A DNA stretch of 64,000 nt from Patescibacteria group bacterium (GCA_018817715.1 JAHITT010000006.1:11147-75146); one strand, 5' to 3'. Shown: positions 28,557 through 38,413, counted from the first letter of the stretch. Program-made: numbers and translations. Notes: generated from the sequence alone by a model not told the origin.

Positions 28557-28961
28557 ATGTTTTTTCAACTATCTGCCAAGGCCGAATACGGCTTAATGAT
28601 GCTGAAACATTTAGCCGCTCTTAAACCTAAGGAATTAGGTTGTTTAAGGTCTATTGCTAAGGAACAGAATTTACCTATTAAATTTTTGGAAAGGATTGCT
28701 TCGGATTTATTAAAAGCTGGTTTAGTAATTAGTCAGCCTGGTAGTGCCGGTGGTTATCGTCTTAAAAAATCGGCTAACCAAATAAAACTGTCTGAGATTC
28801 TAAGCGCTTTAGGTGAGGATGTTACCCCGACGGTGTGTAAACACGACGGCAATTGTTGTAAGCGTCAATCAGCTTGCCCTAATAAAACCGGTTGGTTAAA
28901 AGTACAAAAAGATTTAGCTAAAATAATCAATGCTTATAGATTAAGCGATCTAATTAATTAA
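28557..28961 (+). CDS. Rrf2-family transcriptional regulator (IscR/SufR-like, probable Fe-S sensor)
   Basis: N-terminal wHTH AEYGLMMLKHLA...LRSIAKEQNLPIKFLERIASDLLKAGLVISQPGSAGGYRL and a C-terminal Cys cluster CKHDGNCCKRQSACP. Confidence 0.75.
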   Translation: MFFQLSAKAEYGLMMLKHLAALKPKELGCLRSIAKEQNLPIKFLERIASDLLKAGLVISQPGSAGGYRLKKSANQIKLSEILSALGEDVTPTVCKHDGNCCKRQSACPNKTGWLKVQKDLAKIINAYRLSDLIN

Positions 28962-28972
28962 TTTTTTATTTT

Positions 28973-29572
28973 ATGTTTACTTTACCCAATTTACCTTACA
29001 GTTATGATGCTCTAGGGCCCCATTTAGACAAACAAACTATGGAATTGCATCATACTAAGCATCATGCTACTTACGTGAACAAATTGAACGAAGCTTTGGC
29101 TAAAGCACCACAGTTGAAGGAAAAATCCATTGAGTGGTTACTAACTAATTTAAGTGAAGTGCCCGAAGATATTAGAACTGCGGTAGTTAATCACGGTGGC
29201 GGGCATTATAACCATAGTTTATTTTGGCAAATGATGTCACCGGATAAAGTAGAGCCACCTGTTGAATTAGTTTCTGTTATTAATAATAATTTTGGTTCTG
29301 TAGAAAAATTTCAAGAACAATTTAATCAAGCGGCTGTTAGTTTATTTGGTAGCGGTTGGGTTTGGTTGGTAAAAAAAGCCGATAATAATTTGGCGATAAC
29401 AACCACCTTTAATCAAGGCAGCCCGCTTAGTCAGGGTTTGCAGCCGTTATTGGGTTTGGATGTTTGGGAGCATGCTTATTATTTGAAGTGGCAAAATAAA
29501 CGGGCTGATTATGTGGCCACTTGGTGGCAGGTAGTTAATTGGCCAGTGGTGGCTAAGAATTTGCTTAGTTAA
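28973..29572 (+). CDS. Fe/Mn superoxide dismutase
   Basis: LPNLPYSYDALGPHLDKQTMELHHTKHH and the C-terminal DVWEHAYYL motif. Metal-ligand His/Asp residues conserved. Confidence 0.9.
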   Translation: MFTLPNLPYSYDALGPHLDKQTMELHHTKHHATYVNKLNEALAKAPQLKEKSIEWLLTNLSEVPEDIRTAVVNHGGGHYNHSLFWQMMSPDKVEPPVELVSVINNNFGSVEKFQEQFNQAAVSLFGSGWVWLVKKADNNLAITTTFNQGSPLSQGLQPLLGLDVWEHAYYLKWQNKRADYVATWWQVVNWPVVAKNLLS

Positions 29573-29579
29573 ATAGGCA

Positions 29580-30323
29580 ATGTCCTTGTTAAGAATTAGC
29601 CGTTTAAGTTTAACGGTTGAGACTAAGCCGATATTAAAAGATTTTAATTTAACTATTAACAAAGGTCAGGTACAAGCTTTGGTTGGGCCTAACGGTTCTG
29701 GTAAAAGCAGTTTGGCTGCTTTGTTAATGGGTCAGCCGGCTTATCAGTTAACTTACGGCCAACTATTTTTTAATGGAAAAAATTTATTAAACTTAAAACC
29801 AGCCGAACGCTCTAAGGCTGGTTTGTTTGTGGCTTGGCAAAATCCCATTAGAGTGTCTGGTTTAAACGTGGAGGAATTTTTAATAAAACTTTTTAGGATG
29901 CATTCGTCAGCTAGTCAAAGAAGTTGGCCGATAATTAAAGTTAGGCAGCAGATTATTAAACAAGCGCGCCGGTTTAAAGCTGTGGATTTGTTGGCCCGTG
30001 ATTTAAACGACGGTTTGTCTGGTGGCGAACAGAAACGTTTAGAAGCTTTACAAATGGCTGTTATTAAGCCGAAGTTGGCGATTCTTGATGAAATAGACTC
30101 AGGTTTAGATATGGCTAGTCTTGGGGCTGTTAGCCGTTTAATTAGGGAGTTAAATAAGCAAGGCACGGCTTTTTTGATTATTTCCCATCATTGGCGCTTA
30201 TTAAAAGAGGTTAAAGCCCAATCAATTAATGTTTTATTAAAGGGTAGTGTTGTGGCCAGTGGTGGCTTAGAGTTAATAAACACCTTAAACCGTCGGGGTT
30301 TTAAAGATTGGTTAAAGGAATAA
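29580..30323 (+). CDS. sufC: Fe-S cluster assembly ATPase SufC
   Basis: ABC ATPase with Walker A GPNGSGKSS, signature LSGGEQKR and Walker B ILDEIDSGLD. Its operon position is before sufB. Confidence 0.85.
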   Translation: MSLLRISRLSLTVETKPILKDFNLTINKGQVQALVGPNGSGKSSLAALLMGQPAYQLTYGQLFFNGKNLLNLKPAERSKAGLFVAWQNPIRVSGLNVEEFLIKLFRMHSSASQRSWPIIKVRQQIIKQARRFKAVDLLARDLNDGLSGGEQKRLEALQMAVIKPKLAILDEIDSGLDMASLGAVSRLIRELNKQGTAFLIISHHWRLLKEVKAQSINVLLKGSVVASGGLELINTLNRRGFKDWLKE

Positions 30324-30328
30324 ATTAT

Positions 30329-31726
30329 ATGCCGGTTGTTGATAGGGATTTTGTAATTAAGCGCGGACAGTGGGTAGATAAAATAAAACCGTTAGAAAAA
30401 ATAGGCCTTGGTTTGTCGGATAATATAATTAGGCAGATTTCTGGTTTTAAGCAGGAGCCTGATTGGATGCTCAAAAGGCGTTTGCAGGCTTTTAGAATTT
30501 TTAAACAAAAAAAATATCCTCAGTGGGGGCCGGATTTGTCTAAACTTAATTTTAATAAAATTTGTTATTATTCTCGAATTAATTACAGCAGCCAATCAAC
30601 TTGGGCTAATATTCCCTCGCCAGTTAAAAAAACTTTTGAACGTTTGGGTGTGCCTAAATTAGAAGCGGCTGTTTTGGCTGGTAGCGGTTTGCAATATGAT
30701 TCGGAAATAGTTTACCAAGCTTTGCAAGCTGATTTAAAAAAAATAGGCGTGATTTTTTTAAGTATGGAGCAAGGTTTAAGGCAATATCCTAAACTAGTAA
30801 AAAAGTATTTTGGGCAGGTGGTGCCGGCCAGGGATAATAAATTAGCCGCCTTAAACAGCGCTGTTTGGTCGGGCGGCAGTTTTATTTATGTGCCACCCGG
30901 TCTAAAAGTGTCTAAGCCGCTGCAGGCTTATTTTCGTTTAAATGCTCGTAATTTAGGCCAATTTGAGCGGACTTTAATAATCGCTGATAAAAATAGTGAA
31001 TTGGAATATATTGAAGGATGCACGGCGCCTTATTTTAACGTGGATTCTTTACACGCCGCTGTGGTGGAGATTGTTGTGGAAGCGGGCGCTAAGGTTCGTT
31101 ATACTACGGTTCAAAATTGGTCCACTAGTGTTTATAATTTGGTTACTAAACGCGCCTTGGTAAAAAGGAATGCTTATATGGAATGGTTAGATGGTAATTT
31201 TGGCAGTCGGGTAACTATGAAATATCCGTCTATAATTTTAAGTCAACCTGGTGCCAAGGGTAAAATTGTTTCTTTGGCTGTGGCTGGCAAGGGGCAGGTG
31301 ATCGAAACCGGCGCTAAAGCTATTCATTTGGCGCCCTTAACCAGTTCACAAATTATTTCTAAATCTATTGCTTTGGCCAAGGGTCGTACTAATTATCGTG
31401 GTTTGTTAAAAATAACGCCAGCCGCCAACAATAGCCGGAGCAGTGTGTGCTGTGACGCTTTATTATTATCGCCCCAGGCGCGATCGGATTCTTACCCCAA
31501 GGTAGATGTTAAAAATCAAAAAGTTCACCTAGAGCACGAAGCTAGTGTAGCCCGTTTAAGTCAAGAGCAGTTGATTTATTTGCAAAGCCGAGGATTTTCC
31601 AAAAGTGAAGCTGTTAACTTGATTGTTAATGGTTTTGTGGCTCCGGTTCGTCAGGCTTTGCCAGCCGAATTCGCTATTGAGCTGGAAAAGCTTTTGGATT
31701 TGGAAATGGAAGAAGCGGTGGGTTAA
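30329..31726 (+). CDS. sufB: Fe-S cluster assembly protein SufB
   Basis: About 465 aa. AAGGAA RBS 9 nt before the ATG at 30329. C-terminal SufB/SufD beta-helix motifs and the SRGFSKSEAVNLIVNGF tail. Confidence 0.85.
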   Translation: MPVVDRDFVIKRGQWVDKIKPLEKIGLGLSDNIIRQISGFKQEPDWMLKRRLQAFRIFKQKKYPQWGPDLSKLNFNKICYYSRINYSSQSTWANIPSPVKKTFERLGVPKLEAAVLAGSGLQYDSEIVYQALQADLKKIGVIFLSMEQGLRQYPKLVKKYFGQVVPARDNKLAALNSAVWSGGSFIYVPPGLKVSKPLQAYFRLNARNLGQFERTLIIADKNSELEYIEGCTAPYFNVDSLHAAVVEIVVEAGAKVRYTTVQNWSTSVYNLVTKRALVKRNAYMEWLDGNFGSRVTMKYPSIILSQPGAKGKIVSLAVAGKGQVIETGAKAIHLAPLTSSQIISKSIALAKGRTNYRGLLKITPAANNSRSSVCCDALLLSPQARSDSYPKVDVKNQKVHLEHEASVARLSQEQLIYLQSRGFSKSEAVNLIVNGFVAPVRQALPAEFAIELEKLLDLEMEEAVG

Positions 31727-31747
31727 TTATTTTTTTTAGTTTATTTA

Positions 31748-32404
31748 ATGGGTACTGTAAAACAAATAATCATTAATAAAAAGCAGATTAGGCATTTTGA
31801 TTTGTCTAACTTTTTGCCAGATAAAATAGAATTTAAATTAGCGGCCGAAGCTGTGCTACGGTTAAATAATAGTTCGGCTTTTAGCTTTAAACATTTGCAT
31901 TTTATTATTGGTTTAAGGGCCAGAGTAGATTTTGATTGTTTGTTTAAACAATTGGTTGGTAAAAGACAATATTATGTAACAGCTGATTTAATGGGCGCTT
32001 ATAGTCAATTAAACGTTAATTTATTGCATAATGGCCAAGACCAATCAGAAGCTGATTATTTTTTAACAATAAATCATCAGGCGGCTAATAGTTTTTCCAA
32101 AATTACAATTCGTCGTTTATTGCAAGGTCGGGCCCGTTCAAATCTTTATGGTTTGGTAAAGGTTTGGCCACAAGCTAAAGCGGTGGATTCATTTTTATTA
32201 GATAAAACTTTGTTAATGGGTCGTAGGGCGCAGGTTGTATCCAAACCGGATTTAAAAATATTAAATAACCAAGCTGCTGTTTATCATGGAGTGACTGTTA
32301 GCCGTCCCGACCATAAAGAAATTGACTATTTGACCAGTCGAGGTTTTACCAACCGGCAGGCTCTTAATTTAGTCGTTCAAGGATTTATTAAAGGAAAAAA
32401 TTAA
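31748..32404 (+). CDS. SufD-like protein (short form, C-terminal core only)
   Basis: 218 aa. Tail SRGFTNRQALNLVVQGFIKG parallels the SufB tail. Canonical SufD is about twice this length. Confidence 0.5.
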   Translation: MGTVKQIIINKKQIRHFDLSNFLPDKIEFKLAAEAVLRLNNSSAFSFKHLHFIIGLRARVDFDCLFKQLVGKRQYYVTADLMGAYSQLNVNLLHNGQDQSEADYFLTINHQAANSFSKITIRRLLQGRARSNLYGLVKVWPQAKAVDSFLLDKTLLMGRRAQVVSKPDLKILNNQAAVYHGVTVSRPDHKEIDYLTSRGFTNRQALNLVVQGFIKGKN

Positions 32405-32446
32405 AGCGTTTGCCTAAAAATATTTATCCTTATAGAATAACTAGGT

Positions 32447-33661
32447 ATGGATTTACATAATATTCGTCAGCAGTTTCCTTTGTTTAATCAGCCAGCCAAT
32501 AAGGATTTGGCTTATTTTGATAATGCCGCTTCAACACAAAAGCCAGAAGTTGTTTTAAAGGCTATGGATGAATTTTATCGTACAACTTACGCTAATGTTC
32601 ATCGGGGTGTTTATAAAATAGCCGAACAAGCCACGGCTAAGTTTGAAGGTGTTCGGGCAGCTACGGCTGATTATTTAGGCGCTGCTTCAGCTAATAATAT
32701 AGTTTTTACCCGTAATGCTACGTCAGCTTTGAATCTTTTAGCACAAAGTTATAGCCGTACTTTAAAACCAGGAGATGAGGTTGTATTAACCGAAATGGAG
32801 CACCATGCCAATTTAGTGCCTTGGCAACAGGCGGCCAAGCATAATGATTTAGTTCTTAAATTTTTACCAGTTAATCAAAACGGCCGTCTGGAATTAGATA
32901 AATTATCTGTTTTGATAAATAAAAAAACTAAAGTTGTTAGTTTAACAGCTATGTCCAATGTCTTGGGTACTATGCCGGAGCTTAAAGAAATAATTTCTTT
33001 AGCTAAGTCTGTGGGGGCGCGAGTAATAGTGGATGCTGCTCAGGCTTTACCGCATAAATATTTAAACGTTAAAGAATTGGATTGTGATGCTTTGGTTTTT
33101 ACAGCCCATAAGTTTTTTGGACCTTCTGGTTTGGGTATTTTGTACGCCAGTCAGGAATTATTGGAGATTATGCCGCCGATTGAATACGGCGGGCATATGA
33201 TAGCGGAAGTTAATTGGTATGATTCTACTTGGGCCGAGCCACCAACTAAATTTGAAGCTGGTACGCCACCGATTGCCGAAGTAATTGGTTGGGGCGAGGC
33301 TTTAAATTTTATTAAGCAGTTGGATTGGGTGGCTGTGGAAGCTTATGAAAAAAATTTAACAGAGTATGGTTTAAAATTATTAACTGCTTTACCAGGTTTA
33401 ACAATTGTTGGACCAGAAGATAGTTTGGCGCGTGGTCCAGTATTTGCTTTTAGTTTAGATAAAGTTCACCCCCATGATTTAGGTAGTTGGTTGGATTCTT
33501 TAAATATTGCCGTGCGGTCCGGACATCATTGTACCCAGCCTTTGCATCGTAAATTCGGTTTATTAGCTACGACTCGAGCCAGTTTATCTATTTATAATAC
33601 TCCAGCCGAGTTAGACAGATTGGCTGACGGTATTAAACAAGCTCAAAAAATGTTTACTTAA
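32447..33661 (+). CDS. sufS: cysteine desulfurase SufS (class V aminotransferase fold)
   Basis: YFDNAASTQKP, the PLP-lysine region FTAHKFFGPSGLG and the active-site loop RSGHHC. Confidence 0.85.
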   Translation: MDLHNIRQQFPLFNQPANKDLAYFDNAASTQKPEVVLKAMDEFYRTTYANVHRGVYKIAEQATAKFEGVRAATADYLGAASANNIVFTRNATSALNLLAQSYSRTLKPGDEVVLTEMEHHANLVPWQQAAKHNDLVLKFLPVNQNGRLELDKLSVLINKKTKVVSLTAMSNVLGTMPELKEIISLAKSVGARVIVDAAQALPHKYLNVKELDCDALVFTAHKFFGPSGLGILYASQELLEIMPPIEYGGHMIAEVNWYDSTWAEPPTKFEAGTPPIAEVIGWGEALNFIKQLDWVAVEAYEKNLTEYGLKLLTALPGLTIVGPEDSLARGPVFAFSLDKVHPHDLGSWLDSLNIAVRSGHHCTQPLHRKFGLLATTRASLSIYNTPAELDRLADGIKQAQKMFT

Positions 33662-33664
33662 TTT

Positions 33665-34021
33665 ATGGATTTATATCAAGCGACTATTTTAGAACATTAT
33701 AAAAACCCTCATAATCAGGGTGATTTACCTAAGGCTACCAATCGGGGTAGTGTTTCTAATCCGTTATGTGGTGATGCCATTTCTATGGCTTTTAAAATTG
33801 TTGATGATCAAGTGGAGGAAGTGGCTTGGCAGGGTGAGGGCTGTGTGTTAACTCAGGCCACAGCCTCAATATTATCCGAAAGCATTAAAGGCCAAAAAAT
33901 AGCTGATTTAAAAAATATTAATCAGGAAGCTATTGTGAAAATGTTGGGTATTACTCCAGGTCCTAATAGGTTGGAATGCGCGCTGTTGCCCTTACGGGCT
34001 TTGCTTAAAGCTTTGGACTAG
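33665..34021 (+). CDS. sufU: SufU/IscU-like Fe-S scaffold (SufE-like sulfur acceptor)
   Basis: NPLCGDAI, GEGCVL and LECALLP, the three-Cys NifU-N-like pattern. 118 aa. Confidence 0.7.
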   Translation: MDLYQATILEHYKNPHNQGDLPKATNRGSVSNPLCGDAISMAFKIVDDQVEEVAWQGEGCVLTQATASILSESIKGQKIADLKNINQEAIVKMLGITPGPNRLECALLPLRALLKALD

Positions 34022-34394
34022 GTTTTTTATTAGCCAGTAAAAAACCGGCTAAGCCTAGGATTAAATGCCAAACATTTTCAGCCGGTTCTAAATGAAAAAT
34101 GTCTCTAAAGTTGGGCCAGCTTAAGCCTAGTAAAAATAAAGCCCAGCCCATAAAGCCTAATATTTTAAGATAAGACGGTAAAGTTACTGAAGAGTTTTTA
34201 CTATAGCTTAATTTAAGACCAACAGCGCCTAAAATTAAATAAATTAATCCTGGGAACATATCTAAATAAACCAGTTGCCCCAAAGAAGGATGTAAAAAGG
34301 CTGTTAGACCCAATAACAATAAAGCGGCGGCTAATAATTTAGTTAGGTGATGTCTCATATTAATAATTATAACCTTAGCTGTTCCTTTGCTCAA
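34005..34394 (-). CDS. hypothetical membrane protein
   Basis: 129 aa with four hydrophobic helices. Convergent with sufU. Confidence 0.4.
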   Translation of the reverse strand: MSKGTAKVIIINMRHHLTKLLAAALLLLGLTAFLHPSLGQLVYLDMFPGLIYLILGAVGLKLSYSKNSSVTLPSYLKILGFMGWALFLLGLSWPNFRDIFHLEPAENVWHLILGLAGFLLANKKPSPKL

Positions 34395-34419
34395 GTTTTT
34401 TTGCTAAACTGTTTAGTAT

Positions 34420-35364
34420 ATGAATAATAAAATTTGTGTTATTGGGGGAGCTACTTGGGATGTTTTTTTTACTACACCCCAGGCTAGTTTGGGGCGTTGT
34501 AACAATGATGATTATTTAATGTTTCCTTATGGCGGAAAAATAGACGCTCTTGATGTTAAATATGGTTTTGGCGGCGGAGCGGCTAATGTGGCCATAAGTT
34601 TGAGCCGTTTGGGTTTGTCTGTTAGTTTATTGAGCCGTTTAGGTAAAGATTGGCGAGGTAAGGAGGTTGTAAAAAATTTAAATTATCATCAAGTTAAAAC
34701 TAATTTGATTCAATACGATAGTCAGCAAGTTACGCCTCTGTCTTTTATAGCCACTAGTGGCGGTTCGCGTGACCATGTGGCTTTTGTAGATAGAGGGGCA
34801 GCTAAGCATTTAAAAATGCCAGCCAAATTGGCTAAGGATTTTGATTGGTTTTATGTGACTAGTTTAGCTAATAAAGCTTGGCCAGTTTTTTTAACTAAGT
34901 TGTTTACAACGGCAGTTAAACAAGGACAAAAAAATTTTTGGAATCCAGGAGCCAGACAATTGGCTGACAAAAAATCTCTTATTAAGCTTTTGCCTTTAGT
35001 GGATATTTTAGATGTTAATAAGGAAGAAGCGGAAACCTTAACCAATCTTAATAATGTTGCCGTACCTGTTTTGTTGGTAAAATTAAAAGCTTTAGGTTCT
35101 AAAGCAGTGTTAATAACCGATGGATCTAACGGCGCTTATTATTTTGACGGCCAAAGTTTAGTTCATCAACCTTCTTTTAAAGTAAAACCCGTTAATACTA
35201 CCGGCGCTGGAGATAGTTTTGGTTCAGCTTGGTTAGCTGGTTATACATATTCTAAGGGTAATGTTAAGCAGGCTATGCTGTGGGGTATGCGTAACGCTTC
35301 GTCGGTTATTAAAACTGTTGGCGCCCAAAACGGCTTGTTGAGTTTAAAGCAGATAAAAAAATAA
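34420..35364 (+). CDS. PfkB-family carbohydrate/nucleoside kinase
   Basis: N-terminal GGATWDV...GG(G)AANVA and C-terminal NTTGAGDSFGSAWLAG (PfkB motif 2). Confidence 0.7.
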   Translation: MNNKICVIGGATWDVFFTTPQASLGRCNNDDYLMFPYGGKIDALDVKYGFGGGAANVAISLSRLGLSVSLLSRLGKDWRGKEVVKNLNYHQVKTNLIQYDSQQVTPLSFIATSGGSRDHVAFVDRGAAKHLKMPAKLAKDFDWFYVTSLANKAWPVFLTKLFTTAVKQGQKNFWNPGARQLADKKSLIKLLPLVDILDVNKEEAETLTNLNNVAVPVLLVKLKALGSKAVLITDGSNGAYYFDGQSLVHQPSFKVKPVNTTGAGDSFGSAWLAGYTYSKGNVKQAMLWGMRNASSVIKTVGAQNGLLSLKQIKK

Positions 35365-35374
35365 TTTTAGTTTT

Positions 35375-36205
35375 GTGATAAAACCGGCTGTTAAATTATT
35401 AAAGGAAGCAAATGTTATAGATTATTTGCGCAGCAAGTCCAGATATTTACCGTTTTCGGTTAGTCAAATTAAATCTGTTAAAATAGTTGATAAGTATAGC
35501 AATAGTAATTTTTTGTATAGAATAGTTGTTAGTCAAGGTAAAAAAGTTCAAATTTATTTTTTAAAACAGGCCTGGCAGTATAACAAACGAAGTTATTTAG
35601 CAGGTCAGCCAATAGCCGTAGATAGTAGCCGGATTATCGGTGAGGTTTATTTAATTCGTTATTTAAATAAATTGTGGCCAGCTGGTACTGTGCCCAAAGT
35701 GTATTTTTTTGACAAACAGGCTAAGGTTTTTTTAATGTCAGATGTTTCTAAAAAAGGTAAATTATTGGCTGATGAGTTTGATAAAAATAAAATTCACCCA
35801 GAAATTGCCCCAGTTTTGGCCAAGCATTTATCTTTGCTTCATATCAAGTCGTATAAAAGGAGGCTAAAAACCGGTAGCAATGAATCTTATGAAAAAATGA
35901 TGAAAGATTTTTTATTTGGTAAAAAGTGGTGGGGTTATGCTTTAGATAAATTTTTTAACAAAAAAGAAATAAATGATTTTTATAAAGAAGTGAAAAAAAA
36001 CTCCAATTGTTTAATTTGGGGTGATCCGATTAATAGGAATATTTTTGTTAGACCTAATGGCAGGGTTGGTTTAGTTGATTTTGATTTTACTATGAATTAT
36101 GACCCTATGCTGGATGTGGGTGTTTTGTTGGCACATTGGTTATGGATGAAAGAAAAAGGTAATTCCAAATTAAGCCGTGATTGCCAGAAGTTTTTGGGTG
36201 AATAA
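35375..36205 (+). CDS. protein-kinase-like fold phosphotransferase (APH/MTR-kinase-like)
   Basis: Brenner-type motif LIWGDPINRNIFV followed by GLVDFDF (catalytic and Mg-binding D). 276 aa, shorter than typical APH or MtnK. Confidence 0.45.
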   Translation: MIKPAVKLLKEANVIDYLRSKSRYLPFSVSQIKSVKIVDKYSNSNFLYRIVVSQGKKVQIYFLKQAWQYNKRSYLAGQPIAVDSSRIIGEVYLIRYLNKLWPAGTVPKVYFFDKQAKVFLMSDVSKKGKLLADEFDKNKIHPEIAPVLAKHLSLLHIKSYKRRLKTGSNESYEKMMKDFLFGKKWWGYALDKFFNKKEINDFYKEVKKNSNCLIWGDPINRNIFVRPNGRVGLVDFDFTMNYDPMLDVGVLLAHWLWMKEKGNSKLSRDCQKFLGE

Positions 36206-36209
36206 TTTT

Positions 36210-36998
36210 ATGGTGGGTGATTATTTAATGTCGGATGAAAAAGGTAAAAGAATAATATGCCAAGCGTTATTAGATAGCCAAGCTTTGGTGTTTGGTAAAA
36301 TTATTCCAGCCATTTGCGCTACACCTTATTATATAGAAACCAGAAATCTTTTTAGCAAAAAATCAACTTTTGATATAATTGTTAAAGAGATGACTAAGTT
36401 GATAAAACAGTTAAACGTTGATTTAATTGCTGGTTGTGAATTTGCTGGTGTACCTTTGGCGGCAGCATTATGTTTGGAAACAGGTTTGCCTACTGTTTAC
36501 CTTAGAAAAAAACCAAAAGAATATGGCAGTAAAACAGCCGTAGTTGGACAAATTATTGGTAAAAAAGCTGTTTTGATAGACGATGCATCCGGCAGAGGTG
36601 CGGGTAAAGAAAAATTTGCTACTTATTTACAAGAAAAAGATGTTAAGGTGACTGACATGTTAGTTATATATTGGACAAACCATCCCTTAATACCCTGGTA
36701 TAAAAATAATGGAATTAGGCATCATCAATTAATTATGGCCGAAGATTTTATAAACTACGCCAAAGATGTTGGTTATATTTCCGATGATTTGCACGCTCTA
36801 ATATGGGATTGGTGGAAAGATTATAATATAGAAAAAAGATCACTAGATTGGAAACGTTGGGATAAGGTATTTGCACAAGCTAAAAAAGAAGGTTTTGTTA
36901 TATCCAATGAAAAGCAGTCTTATGAAGAAATGTTGGCTGAATCAAAAAGATTGGGTAAATGGGTAGAACCATTAGACGGAAAATACGAATATATATAA
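36210..36998 (+). CDS. type I phosphoribosyltransferase-domain protein
   Basis: The ATG at 36210 follows the stop at 36203-36205. PRPP-binding motif AVLIDDASGRGAG and LIAGCEFAGVPLAAAL. Confidence 0.55.
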   Translation: MVGDYLMSDEKGKRIICQALLDSQALVFGKIIPAICATPYYIETRNLFSKKSTFDIIVKEMTKLIKQLNVDLIAGCEFAGVPLAAALCLETGLPTVYLRKKPKEYGSKTAVVGQIIGKKAVLIDDASGRGAGKEKFATYLQEKDVKVTDMLVIYWTNHPLIPWYKNNGIRHHQLIMAEDFINYAKDVGYISDDLHALIWDWWKDYNIEKRSLDWKRWDKVFAQAKKEGFVISNEKQSYEEMLAESKRLGKWVEPLDGKYEYI

Positions 36999-37062
36999 TT
37001 CTAAAAATTTGCGCTTAAAAAATTCAAGCCCTCTTTGTAAATTATTTAAAGAGGGCTTGGGT

Positions 37063-37632
37063 TTAGGATATTAGGAAATCAGTTATTTTTTGTGCTTGGT
37101 TAATTTCAAAGTGAGCAAACCAATTTGAGTCGCGTGAAATATTGAACTGTTTCATAATTGCTGCCACTTCTTCAGGTGGCCAGCCAACTAATGCTACCGG
37201 GCGGGGGGTATTGTTTTTAACCCAACCTTTAGTGGCATGGGCCAGCACAGGAAACAAATGAGCCAGGGTACCCTCACGTCCGTGAAAAAATAAGAAAGCG
37301 TTAGAAGTCGCGATGAATAATCCAATGCGTATTCCCCAGGCTATCTCCTTAAGCATTGATGGTATAAAACTTTCATCTCGTCCGAATAATTCATTGGCTA
37401 TTTTTACACAATCAACAGCTTCAATTTCCTCATAGGTTACCTGGCGGTTAACATCCATTTCGTGGGGATGGATTGTTATACCTGATTCTTGGAATAGTTT
37501 TACAAAGCCGCCGTAAGCGCCAACGTTGGCTTCATAACCGGCTTGGTGTAAAAGCTTACCTATTTCCAAAGCGGTTTCGCGAATCTGACCTTGAGGATCA
37601 CGGTCGCCTTAAACAAATATTCTTTTTTTCAA
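37063..37632 (-). pseudogene. LOG-family (cytokinin riboside 5'-monophosphate phosphoribohydrolase-like) gene with an in-frame TAA at codon 8
   Basis: GGAGGT RBS, then TTG, then MKKRIFV-TAA-GDRDPQGQIRETALEIGKLLHQAGYEANVGAYGGF... and FFHGREGTLAHLF (PGGxGTxxE). The LOG N-terminal ICVFGGS strand is cut by the stop (plus 37609-37611, TTA). Confidence 0.5.
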
Positions 37633-37717
37633 TTTTAACCTCCGCGGTTTTTATTTTTGTATTTTGTTATTTAAATGATTTATTTTTAACTATATAGTAT
37701 AATCCATTTATAAGCTT

Positions 37718-38410
37718 TTGTCAATGATTATGAAGAATATTGCATTGTTAAACGCCTATGCTGAAATGAGGCAATACTTTAAAGGCCCAGTATATCGCGG
37801 TGATGGCGCAATCGTGCCTTTTGCTATAGATTCCCGGCCTTTGCAGTGGCGGCCTAAGTTAGCCATGGTAGCGGTTAAAGCTTTAGCTAAGGAAGCTAAA
37901 AAATTTAAGCCCCAGGCAATTGCCGGCGGTTTGACTGGCGGGGCTTTATGGGGCGTGCAAGTAGCGGCGGAATTAAAATTACCTTTTATTTTGGTGCGTA
38001 AGGAGCCTAGAGGAAGAAGTATTGACCGGGGTTTATTGGAAGGGGAAATTGTAAAAGATCGACAGGTAGTTATGATAGACGATTCTTTAATATCAGGACG
38101 CAGCGCTGACAAATTTATTAAGGCTCTTAAAAAAGGTAAATTAAAAATAGTCGGCTATGTGGCTATACAAGTTATGAATTTATCTTATGTAAAAAAATGG
38201 TCCAGCCGGCATAAAATACCAGTTAAATATTTACTTACTTATAAGGAGCAGGCAGATAATTTTTATAAAAGAGGATTAATTGATAAAGAGCTTTTGTATT
38301 TATTGCACAAATTTATAATTAAGCCTTATACTTGGCACAAAAACAAAGCGGATTATAAAATTTTTAAACATAGATTAATTAAACAAAAAATTTGGCGGGT
38401 AAAAAAATAA
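37718..38410 (+). CDS. type I phosphoribosyltransferase-domain protein (OPRT-like)
   Basis: PRPP motif QVVMIDDSLISGRS and LPFILVRKEP. Confidence 0.55.
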   Translation: MSMIMKNIALLNAYAEMRQYFKGPVYRGDGAIVPFAIDSRPLQWRPKLAMVAVKALAKEAKKFKPQAIAGGLTGGALWGVQVAAELKLPFILVRKEPRGRSIDRGLLEGEIVKDRQVVMIDDSLISGRSADKFIKALKKGKLKIVGYVAIQVMNLSYVKKWSSRHKIPVKYLLTYKEQADNFYKRGLIDKELLYLLHKFIIKPYTWHKNKADYKIFKHRLIKQKIWRVKK

Positions 38411-38413
38411 TTT

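Noticed and set aside
36177-36209. The track's upstream extension of the PRTase ORF (MIARSFWVNNF...) overlapping the preceding kinase-like gene. I considered whether 35375-36205 and 36210-36998 are one frameshifted gene.
   Set aside because: The two parts belong to unrelated folds (protein-kinase-like versus PRTase) and a clean stop/ATG junction exists (TAA 36203-36205, ATG 36210), so two genes are more parsimonious. The kinase-like protein is, however, short for its family, so a fusion or truncation cannot be fully excluded.
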